The notes below the pieces were generated by a model. It ran no database searches, was not told the DNA's origin, and saw only the letters and a program-made list of their open reading frames with translations. The position numbers and the translations under genes are program-made. A DNA stretch of 64,000 bases from an uncultured Actinomycetes bacterium (GTDB lineage Bacteria > Actinomycetota > Actinomycetes > Streptosporangiales > Streptosporangiaceae): positions 16,860 through 80,859 of the forward strand of contig CAWKIB010000060.1 in assembly GCA_963849595.1 (NCBI GenBank), written 5' to 3'. Positions 1 to 10,286 of this stretch are shown piece after piece (within the stretch, counting starts at the first letter, position 1; each line of letters starts with the position of its first letter).

Positions 1-272
1 GGGTCGTCCCGGTGCTGGCCTGGTGGCGGGAGCCGTGCGCGGTCGCGCCGGTCGACGCGGCCGAAGTCGCCGCGGTGGAGCGGGTCAGCATCAGCGAGCT
101 AGCTGACCCGAACACCCGCGTTACGGTGCGCGGCCCGTCCGGCTACCTCGGGCCCGCGTTCCAGGTCAAGGGCATGCTCATCTGGGGCTTCACCGCGGTG
201 CTGGTGGACCGCCTGCTCGCGCTGGCCGGCTGGGAACGCCCCTGGGATACCGCCAAGGTCATCGACTTGTGA
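1..272 (+). CDS. NUDIX hydrolase (CoA pyrophosphatase type), C-terminal fragment; the 5' end lies upstream of the window
   Basis: The frame is open from the window edge to the TGA at 270-272. The tail (PVLAWWREP...GMLIWGFTAVLVDRLL) is typical of the NUDIX protein found just upstream of marP in mycobacteria. Confidence 0.55.
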   Translation, partial: VVPVLAWWREPCAVAPVDAAEVAAVERVSISELADPNTRVTVRGPSGYLGPAFQVKGMLIWGFTAVLVDRLLALAGWERPWDTAKVIDL

Positions 273-320
273 CCCTCGGTGCCAGGCCTAAGAACGCGGA
301 AAACGCAGTACCGTTAGGGC

Positions 321-1519
321 GTGCGCGGTGATGTGCTCGACCTGATCCTGCTCGTGGTGGTCGCCGCGTTCGCCGTGTCCGGTTACCGGCAGGGTTTCAT
401 CGTCGGCATCCTGAGTTTCTTCGGGTTCGTCGGCGGCGCGCTGCTCGGCGCGGAGTTCGGTCCGAGACATCTCCCGGGCCCTGGTCGGCGGGCAGACCCA
501 GCAGGATGTCATCGCGGTCGTGCTGCTGGTCAGCTTCGCCGTGATCGGGCAGTTCGTCGCCTCCTCGATCGGCGCGGCCATGCGCTCGACGGTCACCTGG
601 CACTCCGCGACGGTCCTGGACTCGGTGGGCGGCTCGGTGGTCAGCGCGGTGTCCGTGCTGCTGATCGCGTGGGTGGTCGGCTCGGTGCTGATCGAGTCCC
701 CGTTCCCGGTGGTCGACACCCAGGTGAACAACTCGCTGGTGCTGCAGACGCTGGACAAGTTCATGCCCTCGCCGGCCAAGACCATGTTCTCCGACTTCCG
801 CAGGCTGCTGGCCAGCAACAGCACCTACGCCGAGGTGTTCAGCGGCATCGGCGCGGAGCGCATCCTGGCCATCCCCGCGCCCGATCCCGCCGTGGTCGAC
901 GACCGCGGCGTCCAGTCCGCGGCCGGCAGCGTGGTGCGGGTCCAGGGCATCGCGCCGAGCTGCGAGCGCCAGATCGAGGGATCCGGCTTCGTCATCTCCC
1001 CGGATCACGTGCTGACCAACGCCCACGTGGTCGCGGGCGTGACCACCCATCAGACCGTCACCACCCGTCAACGGCACCACCTTGTCGGCCACCGTGGTCT
1101 ACTACGACCCGCAGGTCGACGTGGCCATCCTGTACGTGCCCAATCTCAACCTGACCCCGCTGCACTTCGCCGGGGCCGCCAACCCCGGTGACAACGCGGT
1201 GGTCGCGGGCTACCCGCTGGACGCCACCAACCTGCACCTGGTGCCCGCCCGGATCGGCGGCATCCAGAACGCCCAGGGACCGAACATCTACGAGACCAGC
1301 ACCGTCACCCGGCAGATCTACGAGATCCGGGCCGTGGTCAAGTCGGGTAACTCGGGCGGCCCGCTGCTGTCGCCGCAGGGCACCGTGGACGGGGTGGTGT
1401 TCGCCGCCGCGGTCGGGGAGTCCGACACCGGCTTCGCGCTCACCGCGGCCGAGGTGTCCGCCGACGCCAGCGCGGGCGGGCAGCTCACCTCGGCCGTCTC
1501 CACCGGGGCCTGCGACTAG
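321..1519 (+). pseudogene. marP: MarP-type membrane serine protease (CvpA-like TM domain + trypsin-like domain); frame broken twice as assembled (~470-520 and ~1065-1080)
   Basis: The conserved sequence runs through three ORF-track pieces (321.., 520.., 1082..). These cover the N-terminal TM helices, GSGFVISPDHVLTNAHVV (catalytic His), DVAILYV (Asp) and GNSGGPLL (Ser). Confidence 0.8.
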
Positions 1520-2414
1520 TCGAAGTAGTGCCCCTTGTCCAGGTCCGGGATGAGCCCGGGCTGCACGGGCTGCCAGCCCGTCCGCTCCCGGGTCAGCGCG
1601 CTGGAGGCCGGGCCGTCCATGGTGACGAAGTGGGTCAGGAAGCCGAAGTAACCCTCGGCCTCCGTGCTGGTAACGGACCTCACCGGCACGGAAAGGTGCC
1701 GCCCGATGACCTCGGCGATGTCGCGCACCGGCACGCCCTCGTCGGCCACGGCGTGCAGCCGCGTGCCCGCGGGCGCCGCCTCCACGGCCAGCCGGAACAG
1801 GTTCGCGGCGTCGAGCCGGTGCACCGCGGGCCAGCGGTTGGCCCCGTCGCCCGGGTACGCCGACGACCCGGCGTCCGGGCGATGCCGATCAGCGCCGGGA
1901 CGAAGCCGCGGTCACCGGGGCCGTGGACCGAGAACGGGAGCCGCAGCACGCTGGCCCGGACGCCGCGGCCGGCGAACGCCAGCGCCACCGCCTCCGACGC
2001 GCCGCGCAGCGCCGCGAACGGCGTGGTGTCCGGCTCGTCCTGCTCGGTGCCCAGGCGGCCCTGGGGGACCAGGCCGGTCCCGGACGTGACCACCAGGGGC
2101 CGGCCCGATCCGGCCAGCGCCTCGCCGAGCGCCTCGATGGCGAACCGGTCGGCCTGGCACGAGGCCGCGAAGTCGGTGGTCTCGGAGATGTTGTTGAAGG
2201 CCAGGTGGATGACCCCGTCCGAGGCGTCCGCCCCGCTGCGCAGGCTGGCCGCGTCCGCCAGGGCCCCGCGGTGCACCCCGGCGCCGGCCGCGGTCAGGGC
2301 CGCGGCGGCGGCGTCGGACCGGGCCAGGCCGGTGACCTGGTGTCCCGCGTCGAGCAGCTCACGGACCACGGCCGACCCGACGAACCCGGTCCCGCCCGTA
2401 ACGAACACGCGCAT
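1516..2414 (-). pseudogene. NAD(P)-dependent epimerase/SDR-family oxidoreductase; one frame break near 1830-1870
   Basis: The N-terminus [20 protein letters not shown] is a Rossmann GxxGxxG motif. The C-terminal part continues in ORF 1516..1824. The gene is divergent from a LysR regulator. Confidence 0.7.
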
Positions 2415-2554
2415 GATGCTCTCCTTCGGTGTTAGCAACCTGATTCCACCGTGCCCCACGCACGCACCTAAGGTCCAAGTCCTGTTCTGCACTGTGCAAT
2501 ACGTTTCCGGCATCACCGCAGTTCAAGGTCAAAATCATTCTTCCGAACGGCCGG

Positions 2555-3475
2555 ATGAAACGATACGCTCCTGGTATGGCAGAATCGCCCCCGCCCGATC
2601 TCGACCTGCGGCTGGTGCGCTACTTCACCGTCGTCGCCGAACACCGGCATTTCGGTCGCGCCGCCGCCGCGCTGCACCTCGCCCAGCCGTCGCTGAGCCG
2701 GCAGATCCAGCGCCTGGAGCAGCAGCTCGGCGCGCGCCTGCTGGACCGCACCCCGCAGGGCAGCCAGCTCACCGAGGCCGGTGAGGTCTTCCTGCCTGCG
2801 GCCAAGGCGCTGCTGCGGTCCGCCGCCCAGGCCGCGGCGCGGACCCGGGCCGCGGCCCAGCCCAGCCGGATCACGATCGGGTTCGCCACCAGCCTGATCG
2901 TCACCCCGGCCGTGCGCGAGCTGCGTCACCGGTACCCCGATGCCGACGTGCAGACCATGCACCTGGACTGGAACGAACCCCGCGAGGCCCTGCTCGGCCA
3001 CCGCGTCGACGCGGCCGTGACCCGGCTGCCGTTCCCGACCGACCAGCTGCACGTGACGATCTTGTACGACGAGCCCCGGGCCCTGCTGGTCCCGCTCGAT
3101 CACCGCCTGGCGGGCAAGGAGCACGTCACCCTGGACGACATCGCCGACGAACCCCTGCCCCGGCTGCCCGACCCGGTCTGGAACGCGTTCTGGCGCATCG
3201 ACCCGCGGCCCGACGGGCGCCCGGCCCCGGACGGCCCGCTGGTCGAGGCGCTGGAGGACAAGCTCGAGCTCATCGCCTCCGGGCAGGCGGTGACCATCGT
3301 CTCGGCCGGGCTGCGCGCCGATCGCCTGCGCCCCGACCTGACCACGATCCCGCTGGACGGCGTCGAGCCGAGCCACGTGGTGCTGGCCACCCGGGCCGGC
3401 GATAACAACCGCCTGCTGGCCGCCTTCCGCAAGGCCGCCGAGGCTCACCTCACCGGACCCGCTCCAGCCGGCTAG
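2555..3475 (+). CDS. LysR-family transcriptional regulator
   Basis: It has the N-terminal HTH LRLVRYFTVVAEHRHFGRAAAALHLAQPSLSRQIQRLE followed by a substrate-binding-like C-terminal domain. An alternative start is the ATG at 2576. Confidence 0.85.
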   Translation: MKRYAPGMAESPPPDLDLRLVRYFTVVAEHRHFGRAAAALHLAQPSLSRQIQRLEQQLGARLLDRTPQGSQLTEAGEVFLPAAKALLRSAAQAAARTRAAAQPSRITIGFATSLIVTPAVRELRHRYPDADVQTMHLDWNEPREALLGHRVDAAVTRLPFPTDQLHVTILYDEPRALLVPLDHRLAGKEHVTLDDIADEPLPRLPDPVWNAFWRIDPRPDGRPAPDGPLVEALEDKLELIASGQAVTIVSAGLRADRLRPDLTTIPLDGVEPSHVVLATRAGDNNRLLAAFRKAAEAHLTGPAPAG

Positions 3476-3485
3476 CTCCTAGCTC

Positions 3486-4063
3486 TCAGACAACCGTCAG
3501 GCCCGGCCGCAGGTCCGCGGCCGGGATGCCCGCGAGCCCGTCCCGGTCGATGCGCGCCGCCAGGTCGTCCGAGGCGGCCAGGAACGCGGCCAGGTCGATC
3601 CCGTACGGGCGGTCCCCAATGGGAGACGCCGCCGGGGAGCCGCCGCCGAAGATGCCGCCTGGTACGCGCGGACCCGCTGGACGCCCCGGCTGAGCAGCGC
3701 CACCGCGCCGCGCGCGTTGCCCCGCTGGGCATGGGTCAGCCCGACCGCGACCTGGGCCAGGCCTTGCCACAGGTCGCGCTCGCCGGCCGGGCCGGTCTTC
3801 CACGACGCCTCGAGCACCTCGTGCGCGTGAAACGGCCGCCCGGCCCGCAGCAGCTCGTCGGCCAGCCGGGCCGCGTCCGGCCCGGCCAGCAGCAGGTCGT
3901 CGGGAATCCGGTCCTCGCCGAGCCCGCCGGCGTTGCCGCCGCTGGCGTCGTCGGCCCCAGCGCCGGCGCCGGCGCGGTCCAGCGGTCGTCCCAGGCCGTC
4001 GCGCGGCCGCGCGTTCCGCGGCCGGCCGCCCGGATCGCGATCACGATCGCGATCCGGCCTCAC
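3486..4063 (-). pseudogene. DUF309-domain protein; one frame break near 3690-3720
   Basis: The motif HAHEVLEASWK...WQGLAQVAVGLTHAQRGNARGA is characteristic of DUF309. The GTG start overlaps the stop of the upstream hydrolase (GTGA). The C-terminal part continues in ORF 3486..3803. Confidence 0.55.
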
Positions 4064-4983
4064 CGTTCCGGTTCCGGGTCGGCCAGCCAGCCGCGCAGCT
4101 CGGTGTCGAAGGCCTCCGGGCGTTCCTCGTGCGGGAAGTGCCCGGCGCCGTCGATCAGCCGCCAGCGGTAGGGGCCGTCCACGTACCGGCCCGCCCCGCG
4201 TGCGGTCTGCGGCAGCACGCAGCGGTCCAGCGCCCCGTGCAGGTGCAGCGTCGGGGCCTGGATGGGCGTGCGCATCCGCCGGGCGTAGCGCAGGCCGTCC
4301 GGGCGCAGCGTGCTGCGCGCCATCCAGCGGTGGTACTCCAGCGCCGAGTGGGCCACCGAGGGGATCTGCATGGCGCGGGCGTAGATCCGCTCGGTCCCGG
4401 GGTCGGGCCAGCCCGGTGCGGCCCAGCTCTCCAGCAGCTCGCCGACCCGGCGGGCCCCGTTCCGGACCAGCTGCCGCTCGGGCAGCATGGGCACCTGGAA
4501 CCCCAGCGCGTAGCCGCTGTGGCGGCCCTGGCCGAGCGGGTCGGTGACCATCGCGGACCGCATCCGGAGCGGGTGAGCGGTCGAGACCACGGCCAGCCGC
4601 CCGGCCACCTTGGGGTGGTAGACCCCGAGCGTCCAGGCCACCAGCCCGCCCCAGCCGTGCCCCACCACGACGGCATTGGCCTCGCCCAGGGCCCGGATCA
4701 GCCCGGCCGCGTCGGCGGCCGCGGTGACCAGGTCGTAGCCGCGCGGGGGCTTGTCGCTGCCGCCGTAGCCGCGCAGGTCGACCGCCACGGCGCGGAAGCC
4801 CGCCTCGGGCAGCCAGGTCAGCTGATGCCGCCAGGTCCACCAGAATTCGGGGAAGCCGTGCAGCATGAGCACCAGCGGCCCGTCACCCGCTTCGGCGATG
4901 TGGAACCGGGTCCCGTTGGCGCTGACCGTTCGGTGGCTCCACGGACCGGCCAGCTGGACCGCGGACTCCGCGTTCACGACCAT
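4060..4983 (-). CDS. alpha/beta-fold hydrolase, epoxide-hydrolase-like (EphE-like)
   Basis: Contains HGFPEFWWTWRHQ (the HGxP oxyanion motif of epoxide hydrolases) and the nucleophile elbow GHGWGG. The ORF is intact at 307 aa. Confidence 0.8.
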   Translation of the reverse strand: MVVNAESAVQLAGPWSHRTVSANGTRFHIAEAGDGPLVLMLHGFPEFWWTWRHQLTWLPEAGFRAVAVDLRGYGGSDKPPRGYDLVTAAADAAGLIRALGEANAVVVGHGWGGLVAWTLGVYHPKVAGRLAVVSTAHPLRMRSAMVTDPLGQGRHSGYALGFQVPMLPERQLVRNGARRVGELLESWAAPGWPDPGTERIYARAMQIPSVAHSALEYHRWMARSTLRPDGLRYARRMRTPIQAPTLHLHGALDRCVLPQTARGAGRYVDGPYRWRLIDGAGHFPHEERPEAFDTELRGWLADPEPER

Positions 4984-4993
4984 GACACGCGTC

Positions 4994-5488
4994 CTACCTG
5001 GCCTCGCGCGCGGCGACCTGAGGCTGCTGGCCGTCGCGGCCGATCTGGGGGCGGTCGCCGTCGGGACTGACCGCGGGCTTCTGGCCGTCGCCGCGCAGCA
5101 TGCCGAGGCCCTCGGTGACCGACTTGCGGGTCCGGCTCAGGCCGGACAGGTGCCGCAGCATCAGCAGCGCGACGCCCACCGCCGCGGCGGCCAGCAGCAC
5201 GCAGGTGCCGGCCGTGATGAGGAACGCCGCCCAGGTCCAGATGCCCAGCGCGACCAGCCCGAAGGCGAAGGCGATGGACAGCAGGACGATCACCAGGCAG
5301 CCCACGAAGGCGGCCACGCCGGCCAGCGCCCCGGCCAGCCCGACCCGCCTCATGTCGGCGCGCAGCTCGGTCTTGGCCAGGTCGATCTCGTAGCGGATCA
5401 GCTGGGACACGTCCTTGGCGGCCAAGGCCACGAGGTCCCCGAGTGACTGGTCAGCGCCCACGGGTTCTGGCGTTTCGCTGCGGACCAT
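4994..5488 (-). CDS. small membrane protein of the actinobacterial Holin-X / phage-holin-family-3 type
   Basis: The 164-aa protein has an amphipathic N-terminus (DVSQLIRYEIDLAKTELRAD) and two long hydrophobic helices. It sits in a conserved position next to the EphE-like gene. Confidence 0.55.
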   Translation of the reverse strand: MVRSETPEPVGADQSLGDLVALAAKDVSQLIRYEIDLAKTELRADMRRVGLAGALAGVAAFVGCLVIVLLSIAFAFGLVALGIWTWAAFLITAGTCVLLAAAAVGVALLMLRHLSGLSRTRKSVTEGLGMLRGDGQKPAVSPDGDRPQIGRDGQQPQVAAREAR

Positions 5489-5863
5489 CGTGTCTCTCTC
5501 CCGTCATGCGGACCATTGCCGCCGTTGGCACGGCAATCGGTGCCCGCGCCCGAAATCCCGCCCCCGTGGGCGGGGTCGGTCCAAGGACCAAGGCTAACGT
5601 TCTTGCTTGTGATCAGGCACTACCAGGGTCGACCCGGCGTTTCACGCTCCACCGCGGCGACCCGGCAAGCTACTGCGCAAGCTGGCCAAGTACCGCGATG
5701 TGTCGCGTTTCGCCAGATATGCTGCCACGTTTGCGCTCACGGAGCCAAGCCGCCCCGGGAACTTAGCCAGCACACCCTCGGACCGAGCCCGCCGCCCGGC
5801 CCCGCGAAGCTCGCCGTCCCCGCAAGGCCGAGTCCCGTGGAGCTCGTTGTCCCGTAAAGCAAG

Positions 5864-5888
5864 CGGCGCCCCTGGCCGGGGCGCCGCC
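5864..5888 (-). terminator. GC-rich hairpin (GCGGCGCCCC / GGGGCGCCGC); candidate terminator for a minus-strand transcript
   Basis: A perfect 10-bp stem with a 5-nt loop. On the minus strand it is followed by TTGCTTTAC. It lies inside an ORF-free gap. Confidence 0.35.
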
Positions 5889-6190
5889 GCGCAGCACGTC
5901 ATGCCTGGCTACCAAGCGTGCACCTTCTTTGTCAGTCAGGTTGACCGTCCCATTTCTGGCGGCCTCACCTGGCCTGACACGCCTCCCGCGGCTGGTCGCG
6001 CGTGGGTACCTGGCTGCCGTGCCCGGACGCTCAGACGTCCGTACCACCGTTCTAACGCGAAATCCCGAGCCTGAAAAGACCCTCGCGTAACCAATTCGTG
6101 ATCTCAATCAGTTCTGGCGATCACATGCCGTTAACTGGTGGCTCACCGGATCGCCATCTACGTTAAACACCCGTCTGGCCGTTTCCGGGG

Positions 6191-6285
6191 ACAAAAAGGA
6201 GGCGGCGCCCGCCGGGGGGAGAGCGGGCGCCGCGCGCACGGTCCGACCCTGGGGGGGAGGCCGGTCCCGTCCTATTAAGAGCTTA
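6191..6285 (-). ncRNA. 6C-family small RNA (mycobacterial B11 / Streptomyces 6C type)
   Basis: The minus strand reads GGACCGGCCU-CCCCCCC-AGGGUCGGACC, then GCGGCGCCCGC-UCUCCCCCCG-GCGGGCGCCGC, then CUCCUUUUUGU. That gives two hairpins with loops of at least six C, the second acting as an intrinsic terminator with a U-tract. A TAAGCT -10-like box lies just upstream. The 5' end is approximate. Confidence 0.65.
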
Positions 6286-6583
6286 CTCTGCCGAGGGCTC
6301 ACTAATCGACCCCATGCAGCGTCAGCCAATGGAATTAGAACATATCTGGCCGGCCGATGAACAGTACTGTCGCGACACTGAGACCAGAAAAATTACCTGC
6401 CAGTAGCCTGACGAGCACTTTCTCACCAGCTAACATCCCGGCGGTGTCGCGCCCAGCGCGCGCGACCGCTTACGCCTTCCGCGAACAAACTGCATCGTTC
6501 ATGCTACTTGTCCCATGTGTACTGAGCCAGTTTACTCCGGGCCTTAGTGACAAATGTGTCCCGTGTGTCCCGTGGGATCAGCA

Positions 6584-8962
6584 TCAATGGCTTTCGGCCA
6601 GGAGCGCGTCGAGCAGCGCCACCGCGCCCCGCTTGCTGAGCGGGTGGTTGGCGTTCCCGCATTTGGGTGACTGGACGCACGAGGGGCAGCCGGCCTCGCA
6701 ATCACACCCGGAGATGGCCTGCCGGGTGGCGGTGAGCCAGTCCCGGGCGGCCTGGAAGCCCCGCTCGGCGAAGCCCGCGCCGCCGTCGTACCCGTCGTAG
6801 ACGAAGACGCTGAGCTTGCCGGTCGCCGGGTGCAGGTCGGCGGACACGCCGCCGATGTCCCAGCGGTCGCAGGTGGCGAACAGCGGCAGCAGGCCGATGC
6901 TGGCGTGCTCGCACGCGTGCGCGGCCCCGCCCAGGTCGACGCGCGCCGCGGCCAGCCGGTCCCGCTCGGCGGCCGAGATCGTCCACCAGACGGCCCGGGT
7001 CAGCAGATGGCGCGGCGGCAGGTCCAGCGGCTCGTCGCCGAGGGGCGCGCCGGTGTCGGAGCGGCGCTTGGTGTAGCTGACCACCTGCCTGGTGACCTGG
7101 ACGTCGCCGAACCGGACCTCGGCCTCGCCCCAGGTCATGCGGCGCAGCTCGCCGGGACCTCGATCTCGGTCACGTCCCGGGCCGTGGTGGTGTACCCGGG
7201 ATCGCCCGGCTCGACCAGCGCCACCCGGTCGTCCAGGTCGAGCCGGCTGACCAGGTAGCTGTCGCCCTGGTGCAGGTAAACCGCGCCGTCGTGGACCATG
7301 ATCTGGGCCGACGGCTCGTCGACCGTGCCGACCAGCCGCCCGGTGGCCTCCTCCACGACCAGGACCGGGGCGTCGCCAGCCCCGCGCAGCCCGCCCGGCG
7401 CGGCCACCCCCCGGCGCATGCTGTACCAGCCCGCCGGACGCCGGCGCAGCCGGCCGGCGGTGGTCAGGTCGTCGACCACCTGGCGCGGCCTGCGGCCCGA
7501 AGATTTCCAGGTCCGCGTCGGTCAGGGCCAGCTCGGCCGCGGCCGCGCACAGGTGCGGAGCCAGCACGTACGGGTTTCCGGGATCCAGCACGGTGGCCTC
7601 CACCGGGTGCCGGAGCAAGATCTCCGGGTGCTGCACCAGGTAGGTGTCGAGCGGGTCGTCCCGGGCGATGAGCACCGCGGCCGCGCTCCGGCCGCTGCGC
7701 CCGGCCCGTCCCGCCTGCTGCCACAAGCTGGCCCAGCTGCCCGGCCAGCCCGCGATCAGCACCGCGTCCAGGCCGGTGATGTTGACCCCCAGCTCGAGTG
7801 CGGTGGTGGCGGCCAGCCCCACCAGGCGCCCGTCGCTGATCGCGGCCTCCAGGTCCCGCCGGTCCTCGGGCAGGTACCCGGACCGGTACGCGGCCACCTT
7901 GGCCTCGGGCGCCTCATGGCCGCCCAGCGACCGGCGCGCGGCCAGCGCGACCGTCTCGGCGCCGCGCCGGGACCGGATGAAGGCCAGCGTCGGCACGTCC
8001 TGGCGGACCAGCCGGGCCAGCAGGTCGGCGGTCTGCGCGGTCGCGGTGCGGCGCAGCCGGGCGCCGACCTCGCCGCGCGCGCCGGTCAGCGGCGGCTCCC
8101 ACAGCGCGAACGCCAGCGGCCCTCGCGGCGAGCCGTCCTCGGTGACTTCCTCGGCGTCCAGCCCGGTCAGCAGCCGCGCACAGGCTCCCGGCGTCCCCAC
8201 CGTCGCCGAGGCCAGCACGAACACCGGCCGGGACGGCTCCCGGGCCCGGAGTGGGCAGGGCGTGATGCGCCACCACCCGGCGCAGCCGCCGCAGCACGTG
8301 TCCCACGTGCGAGCCGAACACCCCGCGGTACTCGTGACACTCGTCGATGATCACGTAGCGCAGCCGGCTCAAGAACCCGGACCAGCGGGTGTGCCGGGGA
8401 AGCAGCGACTGATGGAGCATGTCCGGCGTGGTCAGCAGGTACCGGGCGTGACTGCGGGCCCAGTCGCGCTCGGCCCTGGGCGTGTCGCCGTCGAACGTGG
8501 CGGCCTGGACCCCGGGCAGGCCCAGGGCGCGGATCGAGGCCAGCTGATCGGCGGCCAGCGCCTTGGTCGGCGTCACGTACAGCACGGTCTCGCCGGCCAG
8601 CACCGCGGACAGCGCGGGCAGCAGGTAGCCGAGCGACTTGCCCGACGCCGCGCCGGTGGAGATGATCACGTTCCGGCCGGCCTGCGCGTGGCAGGCGGCC
8701 TCGGCCTGATGGGACCAGGGGGCCTGGATGCCGCGGCCTGCGAAGGCACCGGTAATCTCGGCGGGAACCCACGGCGGCCACGGCACCTCGCGCCCGGCCC
8801 GGGCCGGGATGTGCTCCACGTGCACGGGTCGCCCGGCCCGCGGGTCGTCCAGCAGGATGCCCAGCGCCCGGTTCCCTGCCGCCTGAGTGTGGGCCGCCTG
8901 AATGCGGGCATAGGGGGCTCGGCAGCCGGATCCGCCTGGGCGAGGGGGGTGATGGTGGCCAC
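6584..8962 (-). pseudogene. DEAD/DEAH-box helicase with C-terminal DUF1998 zinc-binding domain (MrfA / Rv3649-like); at least 3 frame breaks (~8240, ~7490, ~7140, possibly ~8870)
   Basis: Contains Walker A (TGAASGKS), DECH (IIDECHEYRG), helicase C motifs (GLAATTALELGVNITGLD, QQAGRAGR) and the C-terminal CDCEAGCPSCVQSPKCGN cluster. The start is uncertain, between 8825 and 8962. Confidence 0.8.
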
Positions 8963-9120
8963 AGCTTTCTCAGTGTGTCACCCGTTGGGGGATGCTCGGA
9001 GGCATGATTTCGTATAGACATGACATCGGAGCGTGGTTGAATGCCGCAGTGGATCACGCCCTGCGCGCTGCAGCCGGGGCCGGACGTTAAGATGACGCCT
9101 TTCATGGCGCTGGAGGATTT

Positions 9121-9471
9121 GTGGATCTGAAGCTGGGTCACTACAACAAGGACGGCATCGAGGTCGTCGACGTCGAGGGCGAGATCGATGTCTACACGGC
9201 GCCACGGCTCCGTGAGCTGCTCATCGATCTGGTCAACAAGAACAACTACCAGCTCGTCGTCAACATGGAGAAGGTCGAGTTCCTCGACTCCACCGGTCTC
9301 GGCGTGCTGGTCGGCGGGCTGAAGCGGGTGCGCGCCCACGACGGCTCCCTGGACCTCGTGTGCACGCAGGAGCGGATACTCAAGATCTTCCGGATCACCG
9401 GGCTGACGAAGGTGTTCGGCATCCACGACACAGTGGACCAGGCCATCGCGGCCAAGAAGTCCGAGAAGTAA
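9121..9471 (+). CDS. bldG: STAS-domain anti-sigma-factor antagonist (BldG/RsbV-like)
   Basis: The 116-aa protein contains [22 protein letters not shown] (phosphorylatable Ser in DST). It is followed by an anti-sigma kinase gene, as in the Streptomyces bldG locus. Confidence 0.8.
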   Translation: MDLKLGHYNKDGIEVVDVEGEIDVYTAPRLRELLIDLVNKNNYQLVVNMEKVEFLDSTGLGVLVGGLKRVRAHDGSLDLVCTQERILKIFRITGLTKVFGIHDTVDQAIAAKKSEK

Positions 9472-9501
9472 CGCCGGCCGAACCCGAAGAACGCATCGGA
9501 G

Positions 9502-10052
9502 ATGGCCACCGTCGAAGTCACGTTCACGCCGCTGCCCGCGCACGTTCGTACCGCGCGGCTAGTCGCCACCGCGGTGGCGCGGCGCAGCGGCGTGGACGAA
9601 TCGCTGCTCGATGAGGTCCGCCTTGCGGTCGGCGAAGCGTGCTCGCGCGCGGTCGAGGCCCACCGGCGACACTGCCCGGCCGAGCCGGTCCGGATCGAAA
9701 TGACCGACCAAGACCAGCGGTTCGTGGTGACGGTGAGCGATCACGCCCCGACCGCGCCCGCCCGCTCGGCCGCCCCGGCCACCGACAACGGCATCCGCGA
9801 CGCACGGGCCACGACGACACGGGCCACGACGACACGGGCCACGACGACACGGGCCACGACGACACGGGCCACGACGACACGGGCCACGACGGCGTCGGTT
9901 ACGAGGCCATCGGCCACGACGGGGGGTCGGCCTTCCCCGCCGGATTCGGGCTGGCCGTGATCTCCGGCCTGGCCGAGGACGTGCGCGTCCTGTCGACGAG
10001 TTCCGGCGTGAGCGTCCGGATGAGCTGGCCGTCCACGGCCGCCGCCTCCTGA
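9502..10052 (+). pseudogene. anti-sigma regulatory factor (HATPase-type Ser kinase, ApgA/RsbW-like) with an internal pentapeptide repeat; one frame break near 9795-9805
   Basis: The N-terminal part ([35 protein letters not shown]) is in the frame of ORF 9502. The conserved C-terminal part (GFGLAVISGLAEDVRVLSTSSGVSVRMSW) is in the frame of ORF 9639. Confidence 0.7.
9803..9892 (+). repeat. 15-bp tandem repeat (CACGGGCCACGACGA), six near-identical copies, inside the anti-sigma factor gene
   Basis: Read directly from the sequence. In the frame of the conserved C-terminus it encodes (TGHDD)x5. Confidence 0.95.
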
Positions 10053-10286
10053 CCCCGCCCTCGTCCGTCTGATCCCGTCGGGACGACCCCGCACGGCTTT
10101 GTCGGCTCGCCCCGCTTCCCGCCCTTGGCCGCCTATGTCACGCCGTCTTCTCGCGAACATCACGGTAGGATTACAGATCTGTTAGGAACGGCCCGGTGTT
10201 CGTGGTTGCGCGAATGCGTGCGTAGACTCCCGGCCACTCGTCTTTGCCGATCGGCACCTCTTCCGTTCGGAGCTCCAGGAGGTCGA

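Noticed and set aside
4994-5488. Holin-family protein as part of a prophage lysis cassette.
   Set aside because: No endolysin, spanin, capsid, tail or integrase genes are nearby. The neighbours (EphE-like hydrolase, DUF309, MarP) form a conserved chromosomal context.
5489-6583. A cold-shock protein gene (cspA) or its remnant next to the helicase, as in mycobacterial synteny.
   Set aside because: I found no frame encoding the KWFN..GFGFI cold-shock motifs on either strand.
6584-8962. Helicase with a DUF1998 domain as a DISARM-like (DrmA/DrmB) defence module.
   Set aside because: Here the DUF1998 domain is fused to the helicase in a single gene. There is no methylase, PLD or other defence partner. 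The gene sits in the conserved position next to the bldG-type locus, as the housekeeping MrfA/Rv3649-type helicase does.
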